64,000 nt of DNA, from assembly GCA_951406725.2 (NCBI GenBank), contig OX597832.1:71424001-71488000 (forward strand). Reading direction: 5' to 3'. This DNA comes from Octopus vulgaris. Lineage: Eukaryota. The notes under the pieces were generated by a model. The model did not search any database, was not told where the DNA came from, and saw only the letters and a list, made by a program, of their open reading frames with translations. Positions 39,661 to 51,779 of this stretch are shown one piece after another. Position 1 is the first letter of the stretch, and every line of letters starts with the position of its first letter. Both the position numbers and the translations under genes were made by a program.

Positions 39661-40444
39661 ACACACATGTATATCGTTGATTAAAATTAGCCTCATTGCA
39701 ATTAACCATGCACATATGATGAAAAAAAATATTTTAAAGGTTACATCTTTGAAATGAATTTCATTTGCTTTCATTCATTCACTCCTGATTGAATTCTCTG
39801 AAATATTTACTGGGTAGGTATGTAGAGGGAATGGCATAATTTCATTTTTTTTTTGCTTTGTTTTGTTTATATAATTTCTTCTTAGAATCATAAGGCTTGT
39901 GTGTATATGTGTACATATATACACACAGATAAATATGTATAAATTTGAGTGTGTATGTGCATATGTTTGTCTATGTGTATGTGTGAGTGTTTTGTATGTG
40001 TACACACATACACACACACATATATATATATAGTACCAACAATAAAAAAAATCAATATGAGGGGGAGTGGAGCAGAGGGCAGGCTGTTCAGGAAACCTAA
40101 CATTAAAATCTCTAAGCTAAATGAAGAAAATAATTACCACCGCATCTATCAATTTTCTTTTTGTTCAATAAAATGACTTCGTAAACATTAATTACAGCAA
40201 TATAGAAGCTTCTATTGATTAATTATCCTATAATTTATGTTACTCTGTTTTCTCGATATATTTGTGTCAGTTGCTTTATCTTTCATTGTATTTTGCACTT
40301 TCACATACTCAGGTACGCATACATGCACACAGACACATGCACACATGCACACAGTGCTAGGTAGATAGGTAGATAGGTGTATACATACATAAGGTAAGTA
40401 ATAGAATTATATATGCTTTAATTAAATACATATGTATATACACA

Positions 40445-40590
40445 TTCGGAGTAGTTTGTGTCAGGAATGGCATCCAGCTGTAGAAACACTGCCAGATCAG
40501 ATTGGGGCCTGGTGCAGCCTCCTGGCTTCCCAGACCTCAGTCAAACCATCCAGCATGGAAAACGGACATTAAACGATGATGATGATAATG
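40445..40590 (+). mobile_element. RTE 3' tail
   Basis: GGGCATCCAGCTGTAGAAAC..AGCATGGAAAACGGACATTAAAC(GAT)n. Confidence 0.8.
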
Positions 40591-40649
40591 ACACTATATA
40601 AACGTGGATGTGTAATATATAAACAATATAAGTATATATATTATATTAT

Positions 40650-41700
40650 ATGAGTGTGATAAGTGTTTTACAAAAAAAAAATGAAAGCACTGTTCTTGGT
40701 ATTTGTTGATTCGGAGAAAGCCTTTGACAGAGTCTGCCAGCCCTCATTTGGTGGTCGCTACTGAATGGCTTGTGAAAATCATCTAAGTCATGAACAGGGA
40801 TGCTGTCAGTAAGGTGAAAGTCAGCAATGAGCATAGCAATGAGTATAGGAGCGTGTTTAGAATGCTTGTAGGAGTTCACCAAAGCTCAATTCTTAGCCCT
40901 TTCCTCTTTATCATAGTCTTCCATACCATATCAGAAGAATTTAAAACTGGTTGCCCATGGATGTTTCTCTATGCTGTTCATATAGCTGATTGTATAGTTG
41001 AGTTAGAGAAGAAGTTCCAGGTGTGGAAGCAAGGCATGAAAGGATTTAGAGTTAATCTAGCAAAGACCAATGTACGAGTGAGCAGGAAAGCAGACAAATG
41101 ACTAATCTCTTCAGAGAAAAGAGCCCTGCTTGATATGCAGAGAAGCTGAAGGTATAAATTCTGTATGGTATGCCTAGCTATGGATGCATAAGAGGTGCAG
41201 CAGAATCACAGGAAGGTTAACGGAGAAAGACGTCTTTGTGCATGCCAGATGTATAGGAACTATAAGCACTATGAACGTACAACAAACTGATTTCCACAAA
41301 TGCCCAGGGGGATTCTTAGAGGTTGTTGAAAGTTTCTATTACCTAGGTGACTAAATTAGTAGTGGCAGGTGGTGCTTTGAAAGCAGAGTTGCTAGATTTA
41401 GAACAGGGTGGAAAAACTTTAGAGAGCTTTCACATTTGTTGGTTACAAAGAGCCTCTTCCTCAAAGTGAAAGACAGAATATTTTATGCTTGTGTAGGAAC
41501 AGTTATGCTACATGGTAATGAAATGTGGGTTGTGACTGCAGAGGATATGCAACAGCTCGAAAGAAATGAAGCCAGTATGCCTCACTGGATGAGCAATGTC
41601 AGTTTGCATGCATGATGTGTGTAAAGGTGTTGAGAGAAAAATTGGGTATAAACAGTATCAGATGTAGCATGCAAAAGAGAAGAATTAATTGCATGAGATG
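40650..41700 (+). mobile_element. Degenerate RTE RT fragment
   Basis: EKAFDR, GVHQSSILSPFLF, NLAKT, YYLGD, HGNE. Confidence 0.85.
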
Positions 41701-41809
41701 CATTTGAATCAAAGAACGTTCAAATCTGAGTGTCAATCTGATGGCTCTTGAAATGAGAATTTTTGAGTACTGACTTGCAGACACACTTTTGGATATATAT
41801 ATATATGTG

Positions 41810-42001
41810 TGTGTATATTGAAAGGGCAAGACCGCTAGGTAGTCGGCCGTATGCTAGAAATAGCATCTGTCTTGCCCGCCTAATTTGTTCTGGTGTTCGC
41901 TGAATTTTCCTCTAGAGAACATTCTTTGTAGTTTGATCGTTGGTGATCTATTTCTAGCATACGGCCGACTACCTAGAGGTCTTGCCCTTTCAATATACAC
42001 A
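41810..42001. repeat. Inverted repeat, 54-bp arms (41810-41863 / 41948-42001)
   Basis: One mismatch between arms; adjacent to a TA/TG run. Confidence 0.85.
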
Positions 42002-42150
42002 TGTATTAGAATTTTCTCTGATTTTTCAGATTTTTGTATGCTAGGCTACTGGTTTTAAATTAATATTAATTTATCTCCCTCATTATTTAAATATGTATAT
42101 ATATATATATAACTTACTTGGAAAAGGATGTGGGGTGTTCGATCATATAG

Positions 42151-42204
42151 TAATATAAATAATATATAAATATATGCATATATACATACATATTTGTACA
42201 TACC

Positions 42205-42239
<35 letters not shown>

Positions 42240-42520
42240 GCATATATGGGTGCAGGACATCAAAAAAACGTTGAACACGATGAGAAATGAAAACCTAAAA
42301 ACACAAACGTAGAAAACAAACTTTTTTCGAACAACGAAAAACACAGAGAAATGAGACATTCAACATAAAGAATATTCCCCTTCATCAGTTGCCCCTGTTT
42401 CATCTACTCCGTGGTTTCTTTTATGTCCTGTACCCATATATGCATGTATATATACATATATATGTAGGCATGTACATATATGTATGTATATGTGCATATA
42501 TTTATATATTATTTATATTA
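42151..42520. repeat. Inverted repeat, ~110-bp arms (42151-42269 / 42414-42520)
   Basis: CATATATGGGTGCAGGACAT / ATGTCCTGTACCCATATATG with TA-rich extension. Confidence 0.75.
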
Positions 42521-42542
42521 TATATATATATATACACACACA

Positions 42543-43390
42543 TGAGGGATACCCAAAAGTAACCGGAAATATTCTCTGTGAGACAAACCCATTGTAGTTT
42601 GGGCTTCTGTTGCTAGAAGCCAGTTAATGCAACCTTGAGGCATCAGTCTACTGGCTGGCATCGTTGAGTGAAGTCATATTGTCACATGGTGCATCTTTTT
42701 GTTTTGCAGTGCATCTCCCCTGTTCATCAATTTTTGCGATGGCTGAAACAAAGGAACAGTGTACTTCCATGAAATTCCATTTTCTGCAGGAGAAAATGGT
42801 GACCAAAAGAGTTGTCATACTTCAAACAGCTTACAAGGATGCTGCTATGAGCAAAACAAGTTTACAAATGGTTTCCACACTTTAGGAATAGTCACTTGTC
42901 GCTTGAAGACCAACCTTCTCAGCATGACTGTTGACCTCCCGAACAAATGAAAATATCACGATAATTCATGAACTGATCTTGGAGGACTGTTGCCTAACAA
43001 TTGATGAACTTGTTGATATGACTGGTGAGTCCTGGAGCTCCTGGTGACGAATATTGAGTGAAGAATTATGAATAAAAAGAGTTGCAGTAAAATTTGTGCC
43101 TCATTTGCAAAGAAAAGATCAAAAGCTGGCAGGGCTGAAAGAACAGTTGGAAGTTGATCTAGGCGTTTTTTGAAGGTACTCACTGGTGATAAAAACTGGT
43201 GCTATGGAATTAGCAGACATGGAAGAGATGGAAAAAAAAAACGACCGAGGCGTTAAAAGGCATCACTTTAGAAAGGTTCCATTACAAGTTTGAATAGTGG
43301 AAAACTCAACAGGACTGATGCATTGCTTCAAATGAAGAATAATTTGAAGTTGAGAAAAGTGTAAACTAAGTGAATAAAATAATATTGCAA
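42543..43390 (+). mobile_element. Internally deleted mariner
   Basis: GAGGGATACCCAAAAGTAACCGG start; EQCTSMKF..AY.DAAMSKT; KFVPH; TGDK.WCY. Confidence 0.75.
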
Positions 43391-43442
43391 AATTCCATAT
43401 ATGTGTAAACACATGCGCATGCTTGCACGCATACATACATAG

Positions 43443-43523
<81 letters not shown>

Positions 43524-43691
43524 CAAATATTACACCATGTATTAGTGCTATCAAATTTATCAATTAGATTTACAAGTATATATGCATACATATATATATA
43601 TTTCTCTCTGTCTCTCCCTTTCTCTTTCTCTCTCTCTCTCTCTCTAACTCTGTCTGTCTATCTATATATCCACCTATCCGTCTGTTTATAA

Positions 43692-43777
<86 letters not shown>

Positions 43778-43913
43778 TGTGTGTGTAAATTACCTAATAC
43801 AATACATAAATTTAATTTTCAATTAAATTTTCAATTGCAGAGACATATAGTTCCCTTCTCTTTCTCATATGTGTGTGTGTGTGTGAATATGTGTGTGTGT
43901 ATGTATGTATGTA

Positions 43914-43967
<54 letters not shown>

Positions 43968-44753
43968 TACATTTACCTATATATAGTTTCCAATTAAATT
44001 GAAAATATTTCTTCATCCTTTAATCTATATTCCATGTTTCCTAAACATCTTCATTGTTTATTTAACGACTTTCTATGATTGCTTGTACATTGTGTGTGTG
44101 TGTGTGTGCATATGTATTAGTGTATGTATTTATTCCCTCACACAGACAAGCATGTATTCTCTCTCCTTCTCTCTTTCTCTATATCTCTCTATCCTTATCT
44201 TATATGCACCCACACCGAAACACATAGACTTTGTTGTATTTAGGCAAGTCATTCATTTAAAACCCATTAAATTTATCACCAAATTTAATCCATCATAGTA
44301 TTTTTTATTATATCCTGTCATTAATTAAATAGGAAATTCGAGAATACTATTCAGTTATTTATATCAAAAATGAAGTTTGAAACTTTGAAAAAGTTCATAT
44401 GCCATGTGAAATATATTTCAGGCCTGACCCTTTGTCAGAGGGATACAAAAATATTACAAATAAATGTTTGTTGTCTCTCAGCCAAAATTACAGCCAAGAA
44501 AACTTTTCTGTATGGTATCTGGGCTTATCTAAGCTCACAAAATTCCGTCAGAAGCAGTTAAACTTTCATCTCAGACAGCTTTCGAAGTTTTTTTTTTTAT
44601 TATTACAATGGACATTATAAGAATATTAAATATAACCTTTGCTAACTATTTCTAATATTGATATATTAATACACTGAGGCTAAATATATTATGCTGTCAT
44701 GTGGTTAACTGAAGGGAGAGGGAGGAGAGAAAGTGAAAGAGAGAGAGAAAATG

Positions 44754-44791
<38 letters not shown>

Positions 44792-45442
44792 AATGATAAC
44801 AACATGAGGTAGGTGGTAAGTAATAATTATTACGTGGATAAAAATTAGTTGATGGGAGAGGTATAGAGAAAGAAAGCTAGAAATATAATGGTTAGCGGAG
44901 GGGTGATGTTGTGGTGAAGTTAAAGAAAGAGGGAGAGAGCAGTTGTATTGGAAGTGGGAGGTAGAGAAAGAGAGAGAGAATAGTGATGCTATTGCCAGCC
45001 AATGCATTACACTATCACGTGGTTAATGGAAGTGAGAGGTGAAGACAAAGAGAAAGAGAGAAATGGTACTATTTTTTATCCAATTGTAAGTCATAACTCT
45101 AAAATAACCTAGATTATCTAATTTAAAATAGGTAAGACAAGGATAGAACAATTTGGTGTTCCTTGCAGAATGCAGGAATACTGTAAGATCAACAAGTGGT
45201 TCTTTGGATGCAGAACTGGCTATAATGCTTCCTATGGGATTAGTTTAAGGAAAGACAGGCTGTATCAGGATACATACTGTATAGGATGAAAAATTGTTCA
45301 TAGGTTCGTTATGATACAATCAATCTAAGAGACCTGCTACATTTGCCACAGAAAACATACCTGTAAATTGTTTATTTCTTTCAATGAAGCAGAAACTTTC
45401 GGTGGAATTGGAAAACTAGTTTAATTCATTAATAGCTGTATA

Positions 45443-48040
45443 TTCACAAGAGTTTAGTGACCAAAGAAGGAAAAGGTACACATAAGTGGGCTGGTTACGC
45501 TCCTGGCATAGGCCACAGGTTATGGTCTCATTTGGCTTGCCGGGTCTTCTCGAGCACAGCATATTTCCAAAAGTCTCGGTTGCCAGTCATTTCCTTGGTG
45601 AGGCCTAATGTTCGAAGGTCGTGCTTCACCACTTCATCCCAGCTCTTCCTGGGTCTACCTCTTCCACAGGTTCTCTCAACCGCTAGGGTGTGGCACTTTT
45701 TCACACAGCTATCCTCATCCATTCTTGCCACATGACCATACCAGTGCAGTCTTCTCTCTTGCACACCACATCTATGCTTCTTAGGTCCAACTCTTCTCTC
45801 ATTACACATCCATCGGATCATACTGACTTCATTCCTTGCCAGCTTACGCATGTCCTCAGCAGTCACAGCCCATATTTCACTGCCGTGTAGCATGGCTGTT
45901 TGTACACATGCGTCATACAGTCTACCTTTTACTCTGAGAGAGAGGCCCTTTGTCACCAGCAGAGGTAAGAGCTCTCTGAACTTTGCCCAAGCTATTCTTA
46001 TTCTAGCAGCTACACTTTCAGTGCACCCTCCTTCGCTACTGACTTTGTCACCTAGATAACGGAAGCTATCAACTATGTCTAGTTTTTCTCCCTGGAATGT
46101 GGCGGAAGTTGGTCTCTGTGCATTTTCAGTGTTTATCACTCCCGAGCATCTGCCACATACAAAAACTATCTTCCCAGTTAGCCTTCTTTTGACATTGCTG
46201 CACCTCTTATGTGTCCATATCTTACATTGGGTACATCTTATAGAGTTTCTACCTACGCCTCTACTACAGATCAAGCAGGGCCATCTACCTGAAGGGATTT
46301 GTGGTTTGCCTGACTTCCTACTTATTAGGACTTTGGTTTCAGCTAGGTTGACTCTGAGGCCCTTCGATTCTAATCCTTGTTTCCACACCTGAAACTTCTC
46401 CTCTAGTTTTGATAGTGACTCAGCAATTAGAGCAAGGTCGTCAGCATAGAGGAGCTCCCAGGGGCATCCTGTCTTGAATTCCTCCGTTATTGCCTGGAGG
46501 ACTATGATGAATAGAAGGGGGCTGAGGACTGAACCCTGGTGGACCCTAACCTCTACCTTGAATTCTTCAGTGTACTCGTTGCCAACCCTTACCTTACTTA
46601 CAGCGTCCCTGTACATGGCTCGCACAGCTCTCAGTAACCATTCATCTATCCCTAGTTTCCTCATTGACCACCAGATAAGGAATCGGGGCACCCTGTCAAA
46701 GGCTTTCTCCATGTCAACGAAAGCCAGGTACAGGGGCTTATCTTTGGCTAGGTATTTCTCCTGCAGCTGCCTCACCAGAAATATGGCATCAGTGGTGCTT
46801 TTCCCAGGCATGAAACCAAACTCATCCAAGTTGACTCTCTCGCTAATCAGTTGGGCTATGACCCTCTCTGTAACCTTCATTACCTGATCCAACAGCTTGA
46901 TACCTCCGTAATTATTTGTATCTAGAGCGTCACCTTTACCTTTGTAGCAGTTGACTATTATGCTGCTACACCAGTCATTGGGTATGACTCCTTCGTGTAT
47001 CACCTGGTTAACTATACAGGTGACTAGGCTATAGCCGACACTACCAGATATTTTGAGCATCTCTGCAGTAATTCCTGATGGGCCTGGGGCTTTCCCTCTC
47101 TTCATGCTTCTAATTGCCTTAACTACCAAGGAACTGTCAACTCGGATAGCTGGTCCCTCTGTTGGGTCGACATTCGGCAGACTCTCTTTATCCCATTCAT
47201 TTTCTTTATTCAGCAACCTTTCATAGTGGCGTCTCCAAACCTCTCTCTTTGCATCCTCATTTAGCGCAAGTGAACCATCATCCATGCGAACACATTTCTC
47301 TCCTACCACATCACGATTCTCTCTCACACACTGTCTTGCAACACGAAATACCTCAAGTTTTTGGTCCTCATGGCGCAGAACATTGGCAAATTTTTTCTTA
47401 TCTGCTTCTCCTCTGGCTAAATAAACCTGCCTCCTAGCTTCCCTTCTGGCAGTCTGATACATTTCCCTGCTACCACCGTTCAAGACCCGTTGAGGCAAGT
47501 GAAATCAAAATCAAAATCAAAATCAAATCAAAATCAATTCGATGACTGGCATCTGTGCTAGCGGGATGCAAAGAGCCTCATACGAGTGTGATCGTTGACA
47601 GAGCGGCTATTCAAGTATGATCGTTTCCAGCATCACCTTACTGGCACTCATGCCTGTGCTAGTAGGGTGCCAAGAGCACCATCCAAGCGTGATCGTTGCC
47701 AGAGCAGCCAACTGGCTTCCATACCCTTGGCATGTACAAGGGCACTATTCAAGCGTGATCGTTACCAACGTCGCTTTACTGGCACCTGTGCCGGTGGCAC
47801 ATGTAAAAAAGTTTGAGCGAGGTCATTGCCAGTACCGCCTGACTGGCCCCCATGCCAGTGGCATGTAAAAAGCACCCACTACACTCTCGGAGTGGTTGGC
47901 GTTAGGAAGGACATCCAGCTGTAGAAACTCTGCCAGATCAAGATTGGAGCCTGGTGCAGCCATCTGGCTCACCAGCCCTCAGTTAAAATCGTCCAACCCA
48001 TGCTAGCATGGAAAGTGGACGTTAAACGATGATGATGATA
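45443..48040 (+). mobile_element. RTE LINE with 5' inversion (45443-47481 inverted; 47482-48040 sense 3' UTR and tail)
   Basis: Inverted part ends ..CACTAAACTCTTGTGAA, exactly where the sense part starts AAGACCCGTTGAGGC; contiguous in the copy at 63320-63360. Confidence 0.88.
45528..47481 (-). CDS. RTE reverse transcriptase (open ~650 aa, 5'-truncated, PHD-type insertion)
   Basis: GKAPGP, FGFMPGKST.DAIF, FVDMEKAFDRV, QGSVLSPLLF, YADD, FRYLG, WYGHV, GRPRK.W. Confidence 0.9.
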
Positions 48041-48384
48041 TTACTGCTTAACTGATACTGATTAGCTAACAGTACAAGTATCAGTGGTCAAGTGTATAAA
48101 AATATACTTAACCTTAGCTTAGTAATAAAAATTTCTAGTTTGAGCCATCAGGTATCATGTAGACATCCAAGGATAAGATACTTGATGACCAGTAGGAATC
48201 AAACTGATCAAAATGTTGCATTGATTTGAATATTAAAAGTTATTGTCATCTTTAAAAATGAGGTCAGTAATCTTTCAAATTATTAGCTTCAGGTATAATT
48301 ACTGTAGCCTTGCAGATAATAATGGTTGTTGACAGCTGACACTTTCCATCATATCCAGCCAAATGAGCTGAGAGTTTTCATCTA

Positions 48385-48835
48385 ATAATGATAATAATCC
48401 TTTCTAATATAGGCACAAGGCTTGAAATTTGAGGGGAGAGGGAAATTACATCGACCCCAGTGTTTCACTAGTACTTAGTTTATCAACCCTGAAAGGATGA
48501 AAGGTAAAGTCAACCTTGGTGAAATTTGAACTCAGAACATAAAGATGAATGAAATACTGCTAAGCATTTTACCCGGTGTGCTAACAATTCTGCCAGTTCA
48601 CTGCCTTAATAATAATAATGCTAATAATAATACTTTCTATTATAAGCACAAGGCATGAAATTTGGGGGAGGGACCAAGTTGAATACATCAGTGTTTCACT
48701 GGTACTTAATTTATTGACCCCAAAAGAATAAAGGCGAAGTTGACCTGGGTGAAATTTGAACTCAAAATGTTGTGACAGGCGCTAATTATTTCATCCAGCA
48801 TGCTAATGACTCTTCCAGCTCACCACCTTAATAAT
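48385..48835 (-). mobile_element. Two tandem SINE copies separated by (TAA)n
   Basis: Same family as 18168-18378, reversed, twice. Confidence 0.75.
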
Positions 48836-48849
48836 AATAATGATAATAA

Positions 48850-50130
48850 AGGTCTCAGAAAATGACAAAGCAACCACACTCTGGGATATGCCAATACATA
48901 CAGATAGCAAAATCAAGGCTAATAGACTGGACGTAGTTGTCAGAGATCACCAAGAAAATAATGCCTTCTGATCAATGTATCAAGACCAACAAATGGCAAT
49001 GTATCTCTAAAAGAAATGGAGAAACTCTCAAAATACAAAGATCTGGAAATAGAGGTAACCCACATGTGGAGCCTAAAAGCAAACAATCCCTGTAATAATA
49101 GGTGCATTAGATATGATTAAAAAACACTCAGACAAATACATAGCCAAAACAACAGGACTTACTAATGTATATAACATATAGAAAATAGCACCACTAGTCA
49201 CCACGCACATCCTACGTAAAGCACTTTCAATAATGTGAAATAAGTGCACCCCAACAAACCACAGCATATACCCAAGGCACACAGAGCTTTGGGTATAAGC
49301 TAAACACAAAAGAAATAGACCAAGTAAAATCCCAACAATGGCTGAAAAGCTCAAGACTCAAAGCAAAGACTGAAGGATTTTTAATTGCAGCAGAAGATCA
49401 AAGCCTCCCTCCCAGAAATTACCAGACACACATAATGAAGAAAAATACAAGTAACTGCAAAATATGTAGTCATCAGAAGAAACAATAAATCATATTGTCT
49501 CTGGCTGCCCAGTCCTGCCTAGGAAGTAATATATTCACATACATGACAGAGTTGGGATCTATATATGCTGGAAGCTATGCCAACACTATGGAATGACAAC
49601 AGAAAAACGATGGTATAGGTACATGCCAGAAAAGATCTTGGGAAATGGCAAAGCAACCATACTCGGAGATATGCCAATGCACACAGATAGAGAAATCAAA
49701 GCTAATTGACCAGATGTAGTTGTTAGAAATCACCAAGAAAATAAATGCCTTCTAATTGATGTATCAATATCAACAGATGACACTGTATCTCTAAAAGAAA
49801 TGGAGAAACTCAAAATACAAATTTCTGGTAAGGTGACTTTGTGCTAACCCAAATGTGGAGCCTAAAAACAGAAAGAATTCCTATCGTAGTAGGCACATAA
49901 AATATGATTAAAAAACATCCAGACAAATACATAACTAAAATACCAGGACTTGTTAATCTACATAACATGCAAAAAATAGCACTACTAAGTATCATGCACC
50001 TCCTACATAAAGCACTTTCAAAACAGTGAAAATAAGGGCACCACAACAAACTACAGCACATATCCAAAGCACACCTAGCTGTGCTGGGCAGTGTGATGGA
50101 ATTATGTAATAAAAATAAAATTATTGAATA
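48850..50130 (+). mobile_element. Dong/R4 3' fragments (REL region present twice: ~48850-49290 and ~49630-50090)
   Basis: TEGFLIAAEDQSL, C..C..ETINHI.SGC, WDMPIHTD..IKAN..DVVV, KYKDL.IE. Confidence 0.8.
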
Positions 50131-50470
50131 GTAATAATCTTCTACATTTGCAAACTGTTTTTCTTTAAGGAATAGTTTTTATTCAGAGAAACAAAAGGAA
50201 ATTGTAGAATGTTTAGTTAACAGTTTGGCCAGGAGAAACAAATTCTGTGTGGACAATTCCTATCGCACTGATGAAACAATTCACCATCGTCTTGATATAG
50301 GACTTCACTTGACACACTTTTTTGAGATGTGGTGACATTGAATGCTTCCATTGATTTGATTGCTGCTTTGTTTCCAGGTTGTAGCCATAGTGTCCACTTT
50401 CATTACTAGTGATGACTTTTGAAGAAAGGTCCAGATTAACTTCCAGCTGTTCTTTCAATTCACGACAAAC
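50130..50470 (-). mobile_element. Mariner fragment
   Basis: VITSNES..YGY..ETKQQS.QWK..SP..KK..QVKS..KTM...GIVH.EF..GQTVN. Confidence 0.8.
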
Positions 50471-51200
50471 ATTAATAAAAGAACACAAGGAAAAGAAAAT
50501 AGTTTTCCCTACACACAAGGAGGCAACAAAATACAAAACAGAAACAAACTACACTAATACACTGATCTCATATGGCAACATAGCAAAAATGGTCAAAGAG
50601 ACAAAGAACAACATAGAAACACAACTACAAAACATACTAAAGAAGAAATGGAGAGAAAAATCACTCCATGGCCAATACCCAGCAAGGCTTGACAGGGAAG
50701 AAGTGAGCACAGGTAAAAACTAACAAAAGCTCAGAATTAAAAGCTGAAACAGGGGGACTGATTCTCACTGCACAAGACCAATGCCTGACTACAAACAACT
50801 ATAAAAGCAAAATAATGAAAACAGGTCAAATGCAGAATGTGCAACCAGCACAATGAGTCAGTTGAGCACATCTTTTCTGGCTGTACAGTCCTTACCAAAT
50901 CTGAATATATATATATAAACATGAATGAGTAAATAGTTATATCCATTGGACAATATGCCAACACTACAACATAAAAACTGATAATAAATGGTATAAGCAT
51001 GTGCCGAACAAGGTACATGACAACAACCAGGCCACAATCATATGGGATGTGTCTATTCAAACTGACAAAGAAATAAAAGCTAATCATCCTGAAATAATAA
51101 TCAAGGATTAGGAAAAAAGCACCTGGTTACTGATAGACATCGCAGTCCCTTCTGACCAAAGCTCAAAAAGAACTGGAGAAATTGTTAAAGTACAAATATC
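50470..51200 (+). mobile_element. Dong/R4 fragment
   Basis: W.EKSLHGQY, LKAETGGLI..AQDQ, CRMC..ESVEHI.SGC, WD..IQTDKEIKANHP. Confidence 0.8.
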
Positions 51201-51319
51201 AAGTATGCCTCTTAGGAAGAGGAAAGATTATCAGAAGGGTTTTGAGCATTTGAAAGATTATTGAGAACTTGTGAATATCTAAGGCTACAGGTAGTAACCT
51301 GTTACCCCCATAAATTCTA

Positions 51320-51700
51320 CCAGGAATAACACCAAACCTTAGTCAAGTTGAATGATAATAAACGGGTAAAAAAGTAAAGACCCTCTTCAATTATGAGTGA
51401 CCATGGGATTGCACCTAGAAAGTTACCCTCCAAGGCACAAGTCTGGTAAGGTTGTTTATGGAAAATCAGCAGTTGCCCATGCATACCAGCCTCCTCTCTC
51501 CACACCACTAATATTGACAAAGGCCAGTACAGCTTGGCACCAGTGATGTCGCAACTAATTTCTACAGCTGAGTGAACTGGAGCAACATGAAATAAAGTTT
51601 CTTACCCAAGAACATGACTCACAGCCCCGGTCCAGGAATCAAACTCATTACCTCATTATTGTGAACCTGAACTATAAGCACTGAGCAATTCACCTTTACT
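51320..51700 (-). mobile_element. tRNA-derived SINE
   Basis: Reverse head (TTGCTCAGTG..GAGTTTGATTCCTGGACC) and core TTGCTCCAGTTCACTCAGCTGTAGAAAT. Confidence 0.7.
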
Positions 51701-51779
51701 TAATGATAAAAACAACACCAACAATATCAACAACAACAACAACAATAATAATAATGGTGATGATAATAATAATAATAAT

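Noticed and set aside
47544-47876. Repeat-spacer appearance suggesting a CRISPR array (also 8933, 60802, 63384)
   Set aside because: Spacers are homologous to each other, the arrays sit in RTE 3' UTRs, the context is eukaryotic, and there are no cas genes
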